Of a DNA stretch of 64,000 nucleotides, positions 37,565 through 50,374 are shown piece after piece; the stretch's first letter is position 1; each line of letters starts with the position of its first letter. Source of the stretch: the human T2T-CHM13v2.0 reference genome, Homo sapiens; NCBI RefSeq assembly GCF_009914755.1, contig NC_060926.1; one strand, 5' to 3'. Under the pieces are notes generated by a model. It searched no databases, had not been told where the DNA came from, and worked only from the letters and a program-made list of their open reading frames with translations. Position numbers and translations under genes: made by a program.

Positions 37565-39391
37565 GCAATATATCAAATTTTGATGTTACTGAATGGACAG
37601 TAACCAACTACAATGTAGTTTAACTAATGGCTAAACCCAACTACATATGCAAGGTCTAAACTTTTTTCTAAATATATGTCATTCCTTCTCATGCCAGGAA
37701 TCAAACATGGAATTTCAAATGTTCCTGTAGTGTTTACTTCTGGGGCTGGGGCAACCCCCACCCCTCCCCTGGCCTCCTGTCCTTTTCCCAGTTAGTCCTT
37801 TTTAATGAATTACCCCAGCCATCATCACTTTTCTTTCCTTGCCCTAAATCCCAACCTCAAATAAACAAAACACAGCTAAGCTTAGGGCCTAAACATTTCT
37901 GAACTAATCAAATGAAATAGATTGCCTTGGTCTTCCACTTCTCATATTATTTAAAGAATATTAACATCTTTTTTTTTTTTTTTTTTTTTAGTAAAGGGAT
38001 TTGAAGACTTGTAGGGGTCATGGGACCTCTTGGGTAAGAAGAGTATTCAGGGTTAAAAAGTTTGGGAATCTGCTTTAGAAATTGTGACCCCACTGTGGTA
38101 AGATCTTTGGATACAGGTAACAATATTATCTGAAGCTATTCTGGTTTAAGATGTTTAAGTAGCCTAATATATCACAGTCTGTATTAAATGTAATACATTA
38201 AAACACACCTCAACACAAGACTATAAATGAAACAAAGATGTCTTAGAGGAATCGTTTAGCTGTGCTTCTTACAGCCTAAATGTAAACTCCGCTTTAGTCT
38301 AAAAGCATTAAAATCATAATAATGAAATTTTGCCATTAAGAGCCAGAAAGCACTTTTCTTTTTAAAAAGACAGATGCATTAAAATTTAATTATTGTCTCC
38401 CTACCTGATTATCAGACAAGAATAAAGCACATTTGAGGGGAAAATATATATATGTTCACCCAGCACAGGAATATTTTTAAAGACTCTTCAAAGAGATGTT
38501 CCCCAATACCCACCCCAAGTGGAAAAAAAACGTAAATGACTAGATATAGATGGGCAGAAACAGGAGAGCCAGTGTACCAAGTGCATAAGCAAACAGATGC
38601 AAATCAGGTGCTTAGGAAAGGATTGTGGGTTTTTAATCCTGTGTCTGTGCCCACTGTCTGAACAGCCTGAATCATGTATGTGCATTTCACTCAGTACTGC
38701 CCCATCAGAGGGCTCCTTAATCCACATTTTTAACTTCTTCAACATAGGTAAGTGGAGATTCCTTCCTGGAGTGTGAAAGCTCGCAGCAGCAGGAACACAG
38801 CATATCTCATCTCTAATTTATGACTGACTAACTGAAACTCCTCACTGTCAGCAAACTCTGCCGTGTTTACTGGTTTGACAGCATACACACATATGGCAGA
38901 AGCCAGATGGACCTTCTCCCCCAGCTTCGAGCTAAGGGTGCTTCATTAGGAAAGAGATGCAGCCAGTCTTTGAGATCTTTGAACAAGGCTTTCCAGCATG
39001 ACAAGAAAGAAGTCAGTCAGCAATCAGGAAAGAAAAGACCCTCCCCTAGGCGAGAGATTTGGACAGAAGAGAATTTATAGTTGCCCAGTTGAAGCCTATC
39101 AAGTTTTAAAGAACAAATGGCCTGTCCTCCCATCCACAGAAGTTGGGCAGCTGCTTCCAAAGAAATAGTTGTTATGAAATTTGCATTTTATCTACCCAGA
39201 CAAGGATATATAGGACAATAAATCTACTTCCTAAGCTCTGATTAATAGTTTACAGTGTCAAAAAGTTCTGGAAACTCCAAGAAAACAGCAGTGTCTTTTA
39301 CAGTTTCCTAATACAACAAAATATTATTCATAAGTTATAAAATAAAATACAACCTACTGAACCCAGCTGCTTTATTCTAAAACTTCAAGAA

Positions 39392-39423
39392 AAAACAACA
39401 ACAACAACAACAACAACAACAAA
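39392..39423. repeat. (CAA)n microsatellite
   Basis: Direct reading of the sequence. Confidence 0.9.
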
Positions 39424-39775
39424 CCCACCCATTTTCTTTAGTTTCTCAAACTGTTTTGTTTTTGTTTTCTTTTTTCCTGGCATGTGATGTCCTCTGTACC
39501 TTTTCTTATTTCTCAGCCTGAGTCCTTTTTCTCACTATTCTCTGGACTCCAAATTTCAGGATGTGTCTCAGGAGTGTGGTTCTAGATTCACATCAGAGTC
39601 TTTATTATTCACATTTAAACCATCTGGAACAGAGATCTCTGCAAAGTGAGATCTTTCCCTTCCCCAAACCCAGAAACAAGGATTTCTTGGGTGGTAAAGG
39701 ATAATAAGAAGAATTGAGGGAGAATGAATCCTTACCAAGGGAACACATTGCCTTCGTCTCTAAACTGTCAAACTA

Positions 39776-39934
39776 AGATGGGCATAGCAGCACAACTTTG
39801 TAATCCCAGCTACTCAGGAGGCTGAGGTGGGAGGATCACTTGAGACCAGAAGTTCAATACCACCCTGGGCAACATAGTGAGACCCCTCTCTGTAAAAAAG
39901 AAAGAAAGTTTAAAAATGTAAAAAAAAAAATTAA
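39776..39934 (+). mobile_element. FLAM (free left Alu monomer)
   Basis: Monomer ccagctactcaggaggctgaggtgggaggatcacttgag...ctgggcaacatagtgagacccc plus A tail; TSD taaactgtcaaact/taaactatcaaact. Confidence 0.9.
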
Positions 39935-40784
39935 TAAACTATCAAACTTCTGATTCCAATAAATCCATTAATTCCACTTGTCTCAGGACATAGTTCTAAA
40001 CTGAAAAATGTCTGTCCCAGGGGTGTGAGGGAGGTTCATGGCTTAGGGAAATAGCCCTTTCTCCAATACATGGTAGATTTTTTTGGAAATCTAGAAGCCC
40101 CTCCACCACCTCCAAGGCCTTTCTGGTGATTAAGCTCTAATGAATGGAAGCAGTAAGAAGAAATTGGCAGACTGTTGAGAACTACCTCTATATACACCCT
40201 ACAATTAGTTCAAACTGACTCAAAATTTTCCTTCCTCTCAGAGCAGCAAAAAATTACATATTGCTACAGAATGGGCTATAGAAGCAACTAACAATTTTCT
40301 CAACATTCTACAATGTAGAAAAAAAAAGTTTATTTCTCAAGAACAGTCTTGTAACTGAATGCCAGAATATATAGGGCCACATCTGACCTCTGCCATTCTA
40401 GGAAGAGTGATTAGATCTAATGCTTTTTGTAGGCACATCAGGACTCCAGGTTGAGTGTAAGGCATTAACCTCCTTTTTGAATGTTATTTCACAGCACTAA
40501 AGAGAAGCACCAAACTGTGAGTGGATTTCAGCCTGGTTCTCTTCCCCTTGCTAATGGGAAACTTTGATATGATTTGAAACACCGTGGTCATTGTTGGTGA
40601 AACTCCATGGAACCAAAGCACCTTCAACAACGAAGCAGCAGCTGAACAGAGTGCTCCAGGACAGGACTGCCTGGGGTCCTCAGGGCACTGTATTTTACAC
40701 TGGGCCAGAATACCATACTTCTCAAAGGGTTCCACAGCCAGACATTTGTACCTCAGAAAAAATGGTGAAATAGCCATTTTTTTA

Positions 40785-40880
40785 AAGTTATTATTAGTCC
40801 CCTTTTACAGATTAAAAACACTGAGGACCAGAGAGTTACATGATGATATGCACCCAACTGGTTAGTGGTAGGCACAGAAT
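40785..40880 (-). mobile_element. MIR fragment
   Basis: ttattagtccccttttacagattaaaaacactgagg. Confidence 0.7.
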
Positions 40881-41711
40881 AAATTCTACGGTTTTTATAC
40901 CCAAAAATCTAATATCCTTTTACAGAGGATTTCTCCTGATTAAGTGAATACCACATTGTTTAAAGGCCTAATATTCACTGAATGGGATTAAGAAACCAAT
41001 GGATTGGAAAACATAGGCTACGTTTGATTACGGTTTAGAGCATCTAAATGTAATAAAAACATCTCAGAGTAAGGGGAGGGGAAAATAAAATAAAGCCAGA
41101 AGAGCCAAGTTTACCACTCAGCAAACATACTCCTGAATCTCTCCATGGTTTGCACCTCAGACAGCCCCAGTCCATGAGAATGGAAGTGAAAAGAAAATGC
41201 AAATTCAGCTGCATGTTACATCCACAGTAAATGCAAAGACAAATTAAGAATTAAAGACAAATGCAAATTACCCTGCTCATAAAAGAAACCTATACAAAAG
41301 ACAGGGAATGAAAAGGCTCTGACAGTTATGGATGAATCTCTGAAGAGGCGCACAGCGACCGTATTTCGAAATTCAAGTCTTTTAAAAACTGGTTAGAAGA
41401 ATGAGAACAGCTGCTGCAAAGAAGGGAGGGAAACTGCTGCTAACAGTAAACCAAGCTACAGAGTAAAACTGAGAATTGTGTCCTTATTGTCAAGGTGAGG
41501 ATAAAAAGCAACAAAGGGCTGAAGCCAAAAGAATTCTCTCACCAGAAACTCAATGGCAGACTTTAAAAGCTAAGCCCCTGGCAAGCCTTAGGCTGGGGGA
41601 GATGGAGACGGGAAGAGAACAAAATAAAGAGGCAAGGTAGAAAAAGAGGCGAGTGTTGGAAGAGAGAGAAAAACCACGGGATGTCAGATGGCGGAAAGGG
41701 CTATAGAAGTC

Positions 41712-41890
41712 AGGGGTCATTTATGAACTCAAATGACTGACAGGTCAGGCAGGTAATGGAGATCTTGATGACTCGGCTTGGGGAGACAGGAGCTGTGGGA
41801 AACTGCCTAAAGGCACTCAAATTCACTCCTTTTAAAAAAGATTTAGACATCGGCATAGAGTGTGTCTACACATCATCAGTTTATGTCCTT
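41712..41890. mobile_element. MER102-like hAT fragment
   Basis: caggggtc...aactcaaatgactgacaggtcaggcaggtaa resembles the MER102 terminus. Confidence 0.55.
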
Positions 41891-41957
41891 TATAATTGAG
41901 TCCTTTGGTGCATCTTCTGTTTTAAATGTTAGTTGAATGAGTCAATTGAATAAACAA

Positions 41958-42062
41958 ACCCCTCATTTTACAGATGAAGAAACTGAGACTCCAAAAGATT
42001 AAGTGGCTTTTCTGAATTCACTCAATTAGATAAAAGGAGTTATCACTCAGGACTAGTCCCTG
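41958..42062 (-). mobile_element. MIR fragment
   Basis: ccctcattttacagatgaagaaactgagactcc...ttaagtggctt. Confidence 0.8.
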
Positions 42063-42349
42063 ACCCTCATTTCAGGGATCCTTCACTGATGCTACAATGT
42101 CTCCACAAGAAGAAAAAGAATGTCTCCACCAGAGAGCAGAAGACAGAGATTAACAGCTGCCACAGGTAGCACCTGGGAGACTTCATGGGCAGCCTGCCAC
42201 CCCTGTGCTGGAGTGAAGCATTCAGACTTTGGTTTTTCGTCAAAGGCCTGCAGGGACCAAGGAGACAACATATATGAACAAAGTGGTCCTCAGCAAACCT
42301 ATGGTAAACTAGAGAGTACATGTTCCACCCGAGGGTCAACTCTACCAGT

Positions 42350-42555
42350 CCCCGCCAATCAAGAACAAGTGGGAATATGCACTAATCCTTTCTAGAACCT
42401 ATTTTTCAAGAGAGTCCAGAAATCTGTATTTTTATTTGAAACATTCTCATTTTAAAATGTGGCAACTAATTCATTTTTAAACACAGTGAGAGCCAAACAA
42501 AATATCACTTTCAGGTCAAAGGTGGCCTGATCACTGCCATGCTGACAAACTCTGA
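42350..42555. mobile_element. MER102-like hAT fragment
   Basis: atttttcaagagagtccagaaatctgtatttttat...tggcaactaattc...gccaaacaaaa. Confidence 0.65.
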
Positions 42556-43869
42556 CTTTAGTCATGGCTGCCATTTTACAACAAGATGTAGCATATTTGT
42601 TCTAAAACACTCCACCCCTTCAGCTGTTTAGAACCTTGAGATCTAAAAATGTTATTTTTATTAAAGGATCAAATATATAAAGCCTGTGTTATTGTTGAAA
42701 CAAGTGCCTTCAATGAGGCCACAGCATTTATATGCTTGTGTATCACATTTCCTGAAGGTTCATGTTCTCTTGATCTCTGGATGGCATTAACTTGTGTTTA
42801 TTTTTCTTATCTACCTGCGGTTAGGAAGTTTGTCAAAATGAGACGTTATGACTTTTTCCTTTCTAGAATTTATAAAATATTTACCGACTTCACATGGCAA
42901 CTTATTCAGTCAGGTTTAGGCCTTGAGTAGTTACACAAGCAAGACAATGAAACCTTGAGCCCAGTCTTTGTAAAAGTACACTTTTATGTAATAAGATTGG
43001 ATTAGAAAATGAAAACTTGTAGCATTTACTATGACCCAGACTGAAAGAATTTCAAAGTTTCCATCCAACAGATAGCAACTTGTCTTTTAGAACAGCTTAT
43101 TTATTTAATTTCGGGAAAAAAACATTCTCTTATGAAGCTATTAGAAAACTACTTTCATGAATTATCTAAGAAGTAGAATTCAAGTTGTTTATAAGGCAAA
43201 ATCAGCCCCTGAAGAATGATGTCCATACAATGAGCTTAGCCCTCAGAGAGGAAAAGCTGTAATTTAAACCTGTAGGAATGCAGTTTAGCTTAAGGTGCCT
43301 GCCCCTTTCTCCTCACAAAATCCTAGGCTGTGGAAAATAAAAGTGGTAAATGTTATATAAATAGTGCATGACATTTGCAAAGGTTAAGAAGAGTCTCTTT
43401 ACCCCTTTTCTTCTTTTACCAAGTATTATATTTGAGCAGTGAACCCCAAGGTTTCAGTATTCAGGTACAAGCCTGCAGGTCAGATTACTGGTGATACAGA
43501 GCTAGATCAGGAATTTCCACCCTGTTTGTTCCTTGGAAGAAAGCAAGGAAGATTGTGCACAAACACAGCCCAAGCAAGGGCGAGGTGGCATTCTGCCAAG
43601 GGGTCCTAGCGCTGCTGAATTTGCACAAAGCAAACTTGGCTTTGCCTGTAGTTTCCATAAGGAATACGGGCACAATTTAGAGGCACTGCTTTACAAAACA
43701 AGCTCCACGCCATCTATTTGTGGCTAGTCTCTGATTCTTTTTTTCTTTAATCCTCCTTTTCAAGTGGCTAAACAAAGAACTAGGGTATCCTCCTACCAAA
43801 TCTGTGACAAAACATTGCATGTCTAGGATATTTGAGCAGTGAAGGTGTTGGGTTTTCCAATCCATAAAC

Positions 43870-44115
43870 AGAACAAAACTTGGGGCTGGAAGGCCATACC
43901 AGGAGGCCATCTGAGTCCTGCCCTATCTCCAGGCCAAGCAGAATAGAAGCCTGAAAGAAAACTTCGAAATTTGCAGAGAATAAGGTTTTGAAGTTCTTTC
44001 CTAAGTGAAATGATCAGAGGCTCCTCAAATCTGGGGGAGGAAATTCTCCCGCATGCCTAATTTACCTAAATTTGCTCCTTTCTTACTGCCTGTAAAGAAC
44101 AAATGTCCCTCTCAT
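43870..44115 (-). mobile_element. L3/CR1 3' fragment
   Basis: gggctggaaggccataccaggaggccatctgagtcc...aggaaattctccc. Confidence 0.4.
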
Positions 44116-44965
44116 TGGTAATATGAACACTGGACATTCTAAAGTGCATCTTTGACCGTCCAGCAGTGTCCACATGGAGTTTTAGTGGACTGCTTGACCA
44201 AGGCATAACAATTGTCCATCTATAAATCGCTCATGGGTCTTTGGGGTGAAGTGGTTTTGTCGGTTGTCTAGGGACTCAGTGTCTGGTTCCAGGAAAACAG
44301 CAGGGCCTCTGCAAGCCAGGTTTCTTCTCTGACTCACAGGCATTTACACAAGTCGTTCATCCCCGACACCCCCTGCCACATGACACACACCCAGTTTAGG
44401 ATTGGGAGGTAGTAAACAGACAGCGAAAAGCTGCATATTCATTAATTAATGACTGTTGACAGGTTAGCCTCATGGGAACCCATCTTGGCCCTTTTAAGCC
44501 CTTAGCTAAACTTTAACAGTCTCTCATCCCCTGCCTTCAATCACCTTGCCCAATTAACGCACCCTTACTGTACCATCTTTAGATCCTAACCAACCAGGCA
44601 GTTTGGCACTAAACCAAAACCAGGCTAGCCACACCCTCCATTGTGGTTCATGCTGGATTCCCAATTGCTTTGGTTGGTACTACTTGCTGCCCTGATTGTC
44701 TGCACAAGGTCCTTTTTCAATTGTGCCCCAAGCTAGGTATTCTCCTACCTGGCTTCCTCACCTGTGGAAACCTATCAAGAGCTGAGCCAGAGCCAATTGC
44801 CAGACCTAGTCAGGGCCACTGAGGGCTGAAGACTGTAGATCCACAGAAACTGAATTGATGGCAAGAGAAAGTGCATCTGTCTAAAGAGAGGAGATGACAG
44901 CCAACACTATCTTTGTTTTGGTAATTTAGATTTGGTCTTTTAGGGTACAGGCTTTCTACTCTAGA

Positions 44966-45293
44966 TCTTGCTACTCGTAGTGTGAAAACCAGCAGCAAGA
45001 GCCACACCTGAAGCCAGTTAGAAATGCAGCATCTAGAGCCCCACCTGGAACCTACTGAGTTGGAATTTTCATTATAGAAGATCCTTAGGTGAGTTACAGG
45101 CACATTAAAGTTTAAGAAGTACTGAGCTGGAGCACTGCTTCTTAATTCTGGCTGTATGTTAGAATCTTCTGGGGATATTTGAAAAAATCCTGATGTCCGG
45201 GTACCACCCCACACCAATGCAAAAACAACACACAAGTAGTTTATAAAGGCTTTGCAGGTAAGTCTAATGTGTAACCAGGGTGTGAGTAATACT
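44966..45293. mobile_element. Adjacent MER5A1 and MER5B elements
   Basis: 44966-45124 ttgctactc...gttagaaatgcag...gcacattaaagtttaagaagtactg; 45133-45293 tggctgtatgttagaatcttctgggga...tctaatgtgtaaccaggg. Confidence 0.8.
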
Positions 45294-45404
45294 TTCTTGG
45301 AGTTGAATTTGCTTTACAGAAGTCATGACTTTAATTAGTTAAATGAACTGCTTTAGGTCCCATGGCTTATAAGTAGCAGACAAAGGTTTTAGATTCACAC
45401 AGAT

Positions 45405-45590
45405 TCTGTAGTTAAAAGAACATTGACATTAGAGACAGGTTCAAATCCTAGTTGTCACTTTCTAGAAGCATGTTTTGGGGCAAGTTTTTTGACCTCTCTG
45501 AGATACAGTTCCTCATTTGTAAAGTAGGATGGATGATAAAAATCTCATGGGGCTGTTGAGGGATTAAAGGAAATAATGTCTGTAAAGACT
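45405..45590 (+). mobile_element. MIR SINE
   Basis: ggttcaaatcctag...ggcaagttttttgacctctctgagatacagttcctcatttgtaaa...ggattaaag. Confidence 0.85.
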
Positions 45591-45679
45591 CTTTTATAGT
45601 ATATCCTCTGCTTTTTCCTTTTACTCTAATCCACTGTACCTTCCGATAGGCAACATTTGCAGGAGTCTCAAGTTGAAAT

Positions 45680-46210
45680 TATTCATTTAAGAAACATTTG
45701 TTGAGCACCTAGTAGGTAGAAATAACTGAGATGGAAGCAAAGGAAACAGTTCTTGTCCTCAAGGAGCTAGTTCCTCCCTCTGCTCTAGGAGGAGAGAGAG
45801 GCCTGTAAGCAAATTATGGTGCAGCTTTGTAGAAGCAAAGCTGGGGTGCTTCAAGATACAACGGTACACACAGAATAAAGTTTCCATTTGAGATTTCAAA
45901 GAAATCTGCCCAAAGGATGTGACATCTGAGCAGTAGAAAGGAAGGGAAGGTATCCAAGCGGACAAGGGAGAAGAGCATCGCGAAGGAAGGAGCAGCATGT
46001 ACAAATGCAAGGAAGTGTGAAATGCCATGGTGTGTTACAGAACTGCAAGCAATACTGTAGCATGAAGTGGAAGGGGAGAGGGGCAGGGATGAGCCAGCAA
46101 GCAGGTGGAGCCGGGGCACAGAGGGCTTTCTCTCCTATGCTAGGTGGCATGGGCTCGATCCAGTGAGTGCCAGGAGCCAGAGAAAGGCTCTAAGAAGTTT
46201 GTTTAGGTGG
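45680..46210 (-). mobile_element. L2 fragment
   Basis: attcatttaagaaacatttgttgagcacctag...tgtcctcaaggagct...gtgacatctgagc. Confidence 0.75.
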
Positions 46211-46659
46211 TGTCTTGTGGAAAGAAAGGAACCTACAAAATTCACTCTGATGTTTCCCAGAGTGGGGCAAGTCAGGGAATAGATTGAACTCAGGGCCTCA
46301 ACTTTATATGTGGGATGCTGTAGGACCAATTGAATCTCACGCAACACAGTTGATAGTTGCACAAGTAAGGCAAGAGGGAACTGGAGAGAAAATCCAGAGA
46401 TCTAATGAGCATCAGTAATCATTGTTGACAAATTCCATTCCTGTGATGGTACTGACAGCTATCTGAGAGGGTTTTCTTGAAAACAAATACATTTAGAAAT
46501 AAAGAGCCAGCCGCTCTGGGTGTGTGTGTGAAGTCTCTCCTGCCATCTTCCCTAGTGCAGTTTAAGCCCTCCCTCCCTGTACCCAAGACCTGGCACCTAG
46601 CTGCTCCATTCTTGGGTTTAGTCCTAGACTACTGGGATTTACCATATGTATTTTACCTT

Positions 46660-46900
46660 TACTTTTTCTTCAATAATTTTTTCACAATTACAAATATAGT
46701 ATATGCTAATGATGGAAAAGTACATATATACTCAAATAAAAACATTTAAATCACCCATAATCCCATCACTTAGAGATAACTATTAAAAACACTTTAGTGC
46801 ATTTTGCTCTAGATTTTTTCCTACGCATACATACACATATTGAAATTGTTTATAGAGGAGGATTATACTATGTATATTTATTTATAATCTGCTTTTCACA
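46660..46900 (-). mobile_element. L1ME-type fragment
   Basis: aaatcacccataatcccatcacttagagataactatt...ataatctgcttttcac. Confidence 0.6.
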
Positions 46901-46959
46901 CATATTTATTCACTGAGCAGGACTAGTTCTAGTGAGTCTCTTTTTAAGAATGAACAAGG

Positions 46960-47265
46960 AAGTAATGTAAAGACAGAAGCAGCAGTAACCCTGTGCTCAG
47001 AAAAATCTAGAAAGCCACTCTCCGGAGACACACAAATGAAGAGGATAAGCAGAGAGAGGCAGAAACAAGAGACCACAAGATTCCAGAGATCTGGAGAAAA
47101 TAACTCCCTTCTTTATGACTTTCTAGTTAAAGCTACAGCATCCTGTGAGCCCCAACTGACTTCCCTCCCTTGGGTTTAATGTTATTGCCTTGTATCTTCC
47201 TAATAAATTTCTCCAGTTTTTCTTAAGAAGAGGTTCTCTTTCTTGCAGACAAATAATTCCTAATC
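46960..47265 (+). mobile_element. Old MaLR/ERVL LTR fragment (MLT1L/M-like)
   Basis: ccttgggtt...cctaataaatttctcc...ttaag...tttcttgcagacaaa resembles an old MLT1 3' end. Confidence 0.45.
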
Positions 47266-47313
47266 GAGGCAAAATTCTGAAATATACTAAAGAAGATATG
47301 GGCATAAGAAGAT

Positions 47314-47361
47314 AGCCTGGGCAACAGAGTGAGACTCCATCTCAGAAAAAAAAAAAAAAAA
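47314..47361 (+). mobile_element. Extremely 5'-truncated Alu (last ~30 nt plus poly(A))
   Basis: agcctgggcaacagagtgagactccatctcag followed by an A run. Confidence 0.88.
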
Positions 47362-47934
47362 GACAGATGGATAATGACTTAGGTATACAAGTAATTTCTG
47401 TCCTGAAGGTAAAACTTCCCCCCAAATAGCCTAGCCTGTTCTTGCTGAAGTTTCTGTCCCATGTTATTTCTCACCCTCAGATGTTAGATAAGAAATTTTA
47501 TTTAACACACCATGACAACCTGTCAAAAAGAATGACTACTGTGCATTGTATGGTCCAAGCATCTTGATTTGTTTTTCCCTGGAGTTGGATAATTGCCTTG
47601 CTTATTCCTGTTGTCACTGGGGACAAGGTACAATAATAAACTGAATCAGTGTCCAAACTGGACTTGTTCAGTGGTCCTTACCATCACAGATTTATTTATA
47701 TTACTAGCAAAACTGGAACTCTACATAGTTTCAAGCCAAGGGAATAACTTTCTGGCAATGAGACCCTGTGAAAGCTCAAGATCTTTTTCTAAATATTAGT
47801 TTAATGGTATAGCCAAAGGAATTATGAAATTCCAAAGGAATTCTGGTGAACTGTCTCTCTTAGTCACCCTATGCCCTAGGCTTATAGTACATTGTACTTG
47901 CTATTTTTTGCTTCATTGAATTTTGGTACAAACT

Positions 47935-48232
47935 AGTCTTTTTGTTCAAGCGGTATGATCTGAGAGTGTCCTTTCCAAATCACTCTGTATACAAAAGCAT
48001 CCCTTCCATCAAAATCTATCACCCCCTACCTCTTTTTAAAAAAAAAATATCACTCAGCACCTTCTGATATAGTACTATATTTACTTGTTGGTTGTCAGTC
48101 TATCTTACAAGAATGTCAGTTTCTTGAGGACAAAGATTCTGCTTGATTCATCACTGAATGCCCACTGTGAAACACAGAGCCTGGTATATAATAGATCCTT
48201 AATAAATATTAATATTTATTGAATGAATGAAC
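47935..48232 (+). mobile_element. L2a 3' end
   Basis: ttcttgaggacaaagattc...acagagcctggtatataatagatccttaataaatatt...ttgaatgaatgaa. Confidence 0.8.
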
Positions 48233-49371
48233 TCCTAGGCATAACGTCCTAAAACTTGGGCAGGGATTAAATTCCTGATAGAATAGGATGCCATAGTCAT
48301 TTCCTTTCTTGCAATGACAACACTAATTCCTACTTAGACTTGGGCGAGAAAGTCAAAGCCTACTCTTTTCACCTCTTTTCCAACCAGTCCATCGGAACAC
48401 TGAGTTTCCTTTCTTTATTGACTCAGCTCTTAAAACACTACGTCCAACTGTTCCTTCTGAATTAAAAATGGAAGGAGGTAGCACATGGGTTTCATTTCCA
48501 TAATGCCATAATTCCCAGCCCTGGGACGCTTCCCACCACAAAGTGCCTCTAATTACCTCAAGGGAGCATCATTAAAACTTCACAGAAAGAATCATTATAA
48601 TTCATTTGAAGTTTTAAATAAATATAGACCACATACGACAAAATCAAGCAAACAACGATGCAAGTATTAAAGTGGTAAAAATGTTAAGAAGCGCTGTTTT
48701 AATGGATTTCAGGGGTGAGGCTCACAATTCTGAGCTGCAGTTAGTGTGATATATGCCTACTATACATTTCCAAAATGACTCACCTTTGAATTTTCTCTAA
48801 TTTACACACTTCACCTACTCTCCTTCCAAATTACCAGGTCAAGAAATGCCTTGCGTTTTCCTCCGTTAATCTGCTGCTTTGCCCATTAAGTTTCACATAT
48901 TAAGTTTTAACTTATTGGCTTCAGTGACACTCAATGATCCCAAAGGGGAGTGGGATAAAATACATGTTTTTCCAAGGTGCCTTCATGCCTGGATTGCAAT
49001 TTCTAATCTCTGAACTATTGCTTGCTCTATATCTATGTGTCCTGTGGAAGAGCTATTGATCTGTAATCTCATCAGTGTGTTTTTCCCTCCTCATAAAATC
49101 CCAGGGATGTTCTAATTAAGGATAGATTCCGGCTACAAATTATAGAGAAAGAGGCACTCAGGCATCCAAATAGGATTCAGCCCTTTGGCCGTTCACATCC
49201 TGGGCAATTGGAAAACAGGTCTGAAATTTTCCTTAATCATTCAGCCAGATTCTGCTGCATTCCAAAGGCAATAATAGTAACTAAATAATAAACAAATAAA
49301 TAAATGCAAATCAGATTCATGTTATTGCAGACAAAGCTACTGATCCTATGCTGTACAATTTTTAAATTATG

Positions 49372-49605
49372 AGAGGCAGCATGAGGTAGTAGGAGGCTCT
49401 GGTGTCAAAATGATCAGGGTATCTAAAGACCTGTATTTGAATCCAGGCTCCTTTCCTGCAGGATAAATGTTAATTTTCTCTCTGAGCTTCAGTTTCTTTA
49501 TCTGCATAAAAAAAATAGAATGCATCATACCTCACAGATTTTTCATGGTGAAAATTGATTACTGTGTATAAAGTACCACAATGTAGGCTCAATAGATGAT
49601 AGTTA
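49372..49605 (+). mobile_element. MIR SINE
   Basis: gagaggcagcatgaggtagt...tttgaatccaggctc...ctctctgagcttcagtttctttatctg. Confidence 0.8.
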
Positions 49606-50374
49606 ATACCCCCATTTTAGATTTCCATATTCTAGACTACAAGTCAGAGACTATATATAAAAGCACTTATGTCCTTATTATTCAAAGGAATAGGGAAAAA
49701 AAATTGAAACAGTGGAGAGGCCTGAAATTGGCCATAGGAACGTGCTACTGTAAAGATGAGGGGAGGAATGAGATTTGGCCCCAAGAATGAGTAGATTATT
49801 TGAGGGCATGTTTGATAAAGGGTGAGAGTCTCCTCCTTCAGGCCAAGATTATCTGGGCAGGGAGGAAGCAGCTCAATAGACCAAAAGTGCACAGCTCTTC
49901 AATGCTAAGCATTGGGGACTGAATAGACTCCACTGGATATGGCCATCAAGGTCACTGCAACCTTGACCAAGGGAGAGGTTGGGAGTCAGGCTGCCTTAGG
50001 CTGAAAGAGTAGAAGAGAAAGTGAAGACAGCAGGTGAGACTATTTTTTCTGACAGCTTAGTTGCAAAGGGAAAGTAATTCTCATCTGCCTCATTTTGAGG
50101 ACTAGAAATTTTAATTCTCAAAATAGTACAAGTGAGAGTACTAAGCTATACAGAAGGTCTCAGTTATTAGGACAATCCTCTCCCCCTTCTCCGTATCCCC
50201 CCAACCTCCCATCCCTAGTTCCTCAGCTATGTTTCTCTGGATGCCACAAGTGCCTGCTTGGATCTTCCCTGACTCTCTGGAAACTTTTAAGCCACACTTG
50301 CCTGATGTTGTCTCCTGCCCTTGGATCGTCCCACAAAATAGAGAGTATACTAGGAGCTTGGAGTGAGGGATGAG

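Noticed and set aside
39990-40185. Possible hAT element with tagttct...gagaactac ends
   Set aside because: Interior not recognised; too weak to call
44810-45235. 141-aa minus-strand ORF
   Set aside because: Mostly MER5 sequence, GTG start, no homology recognised
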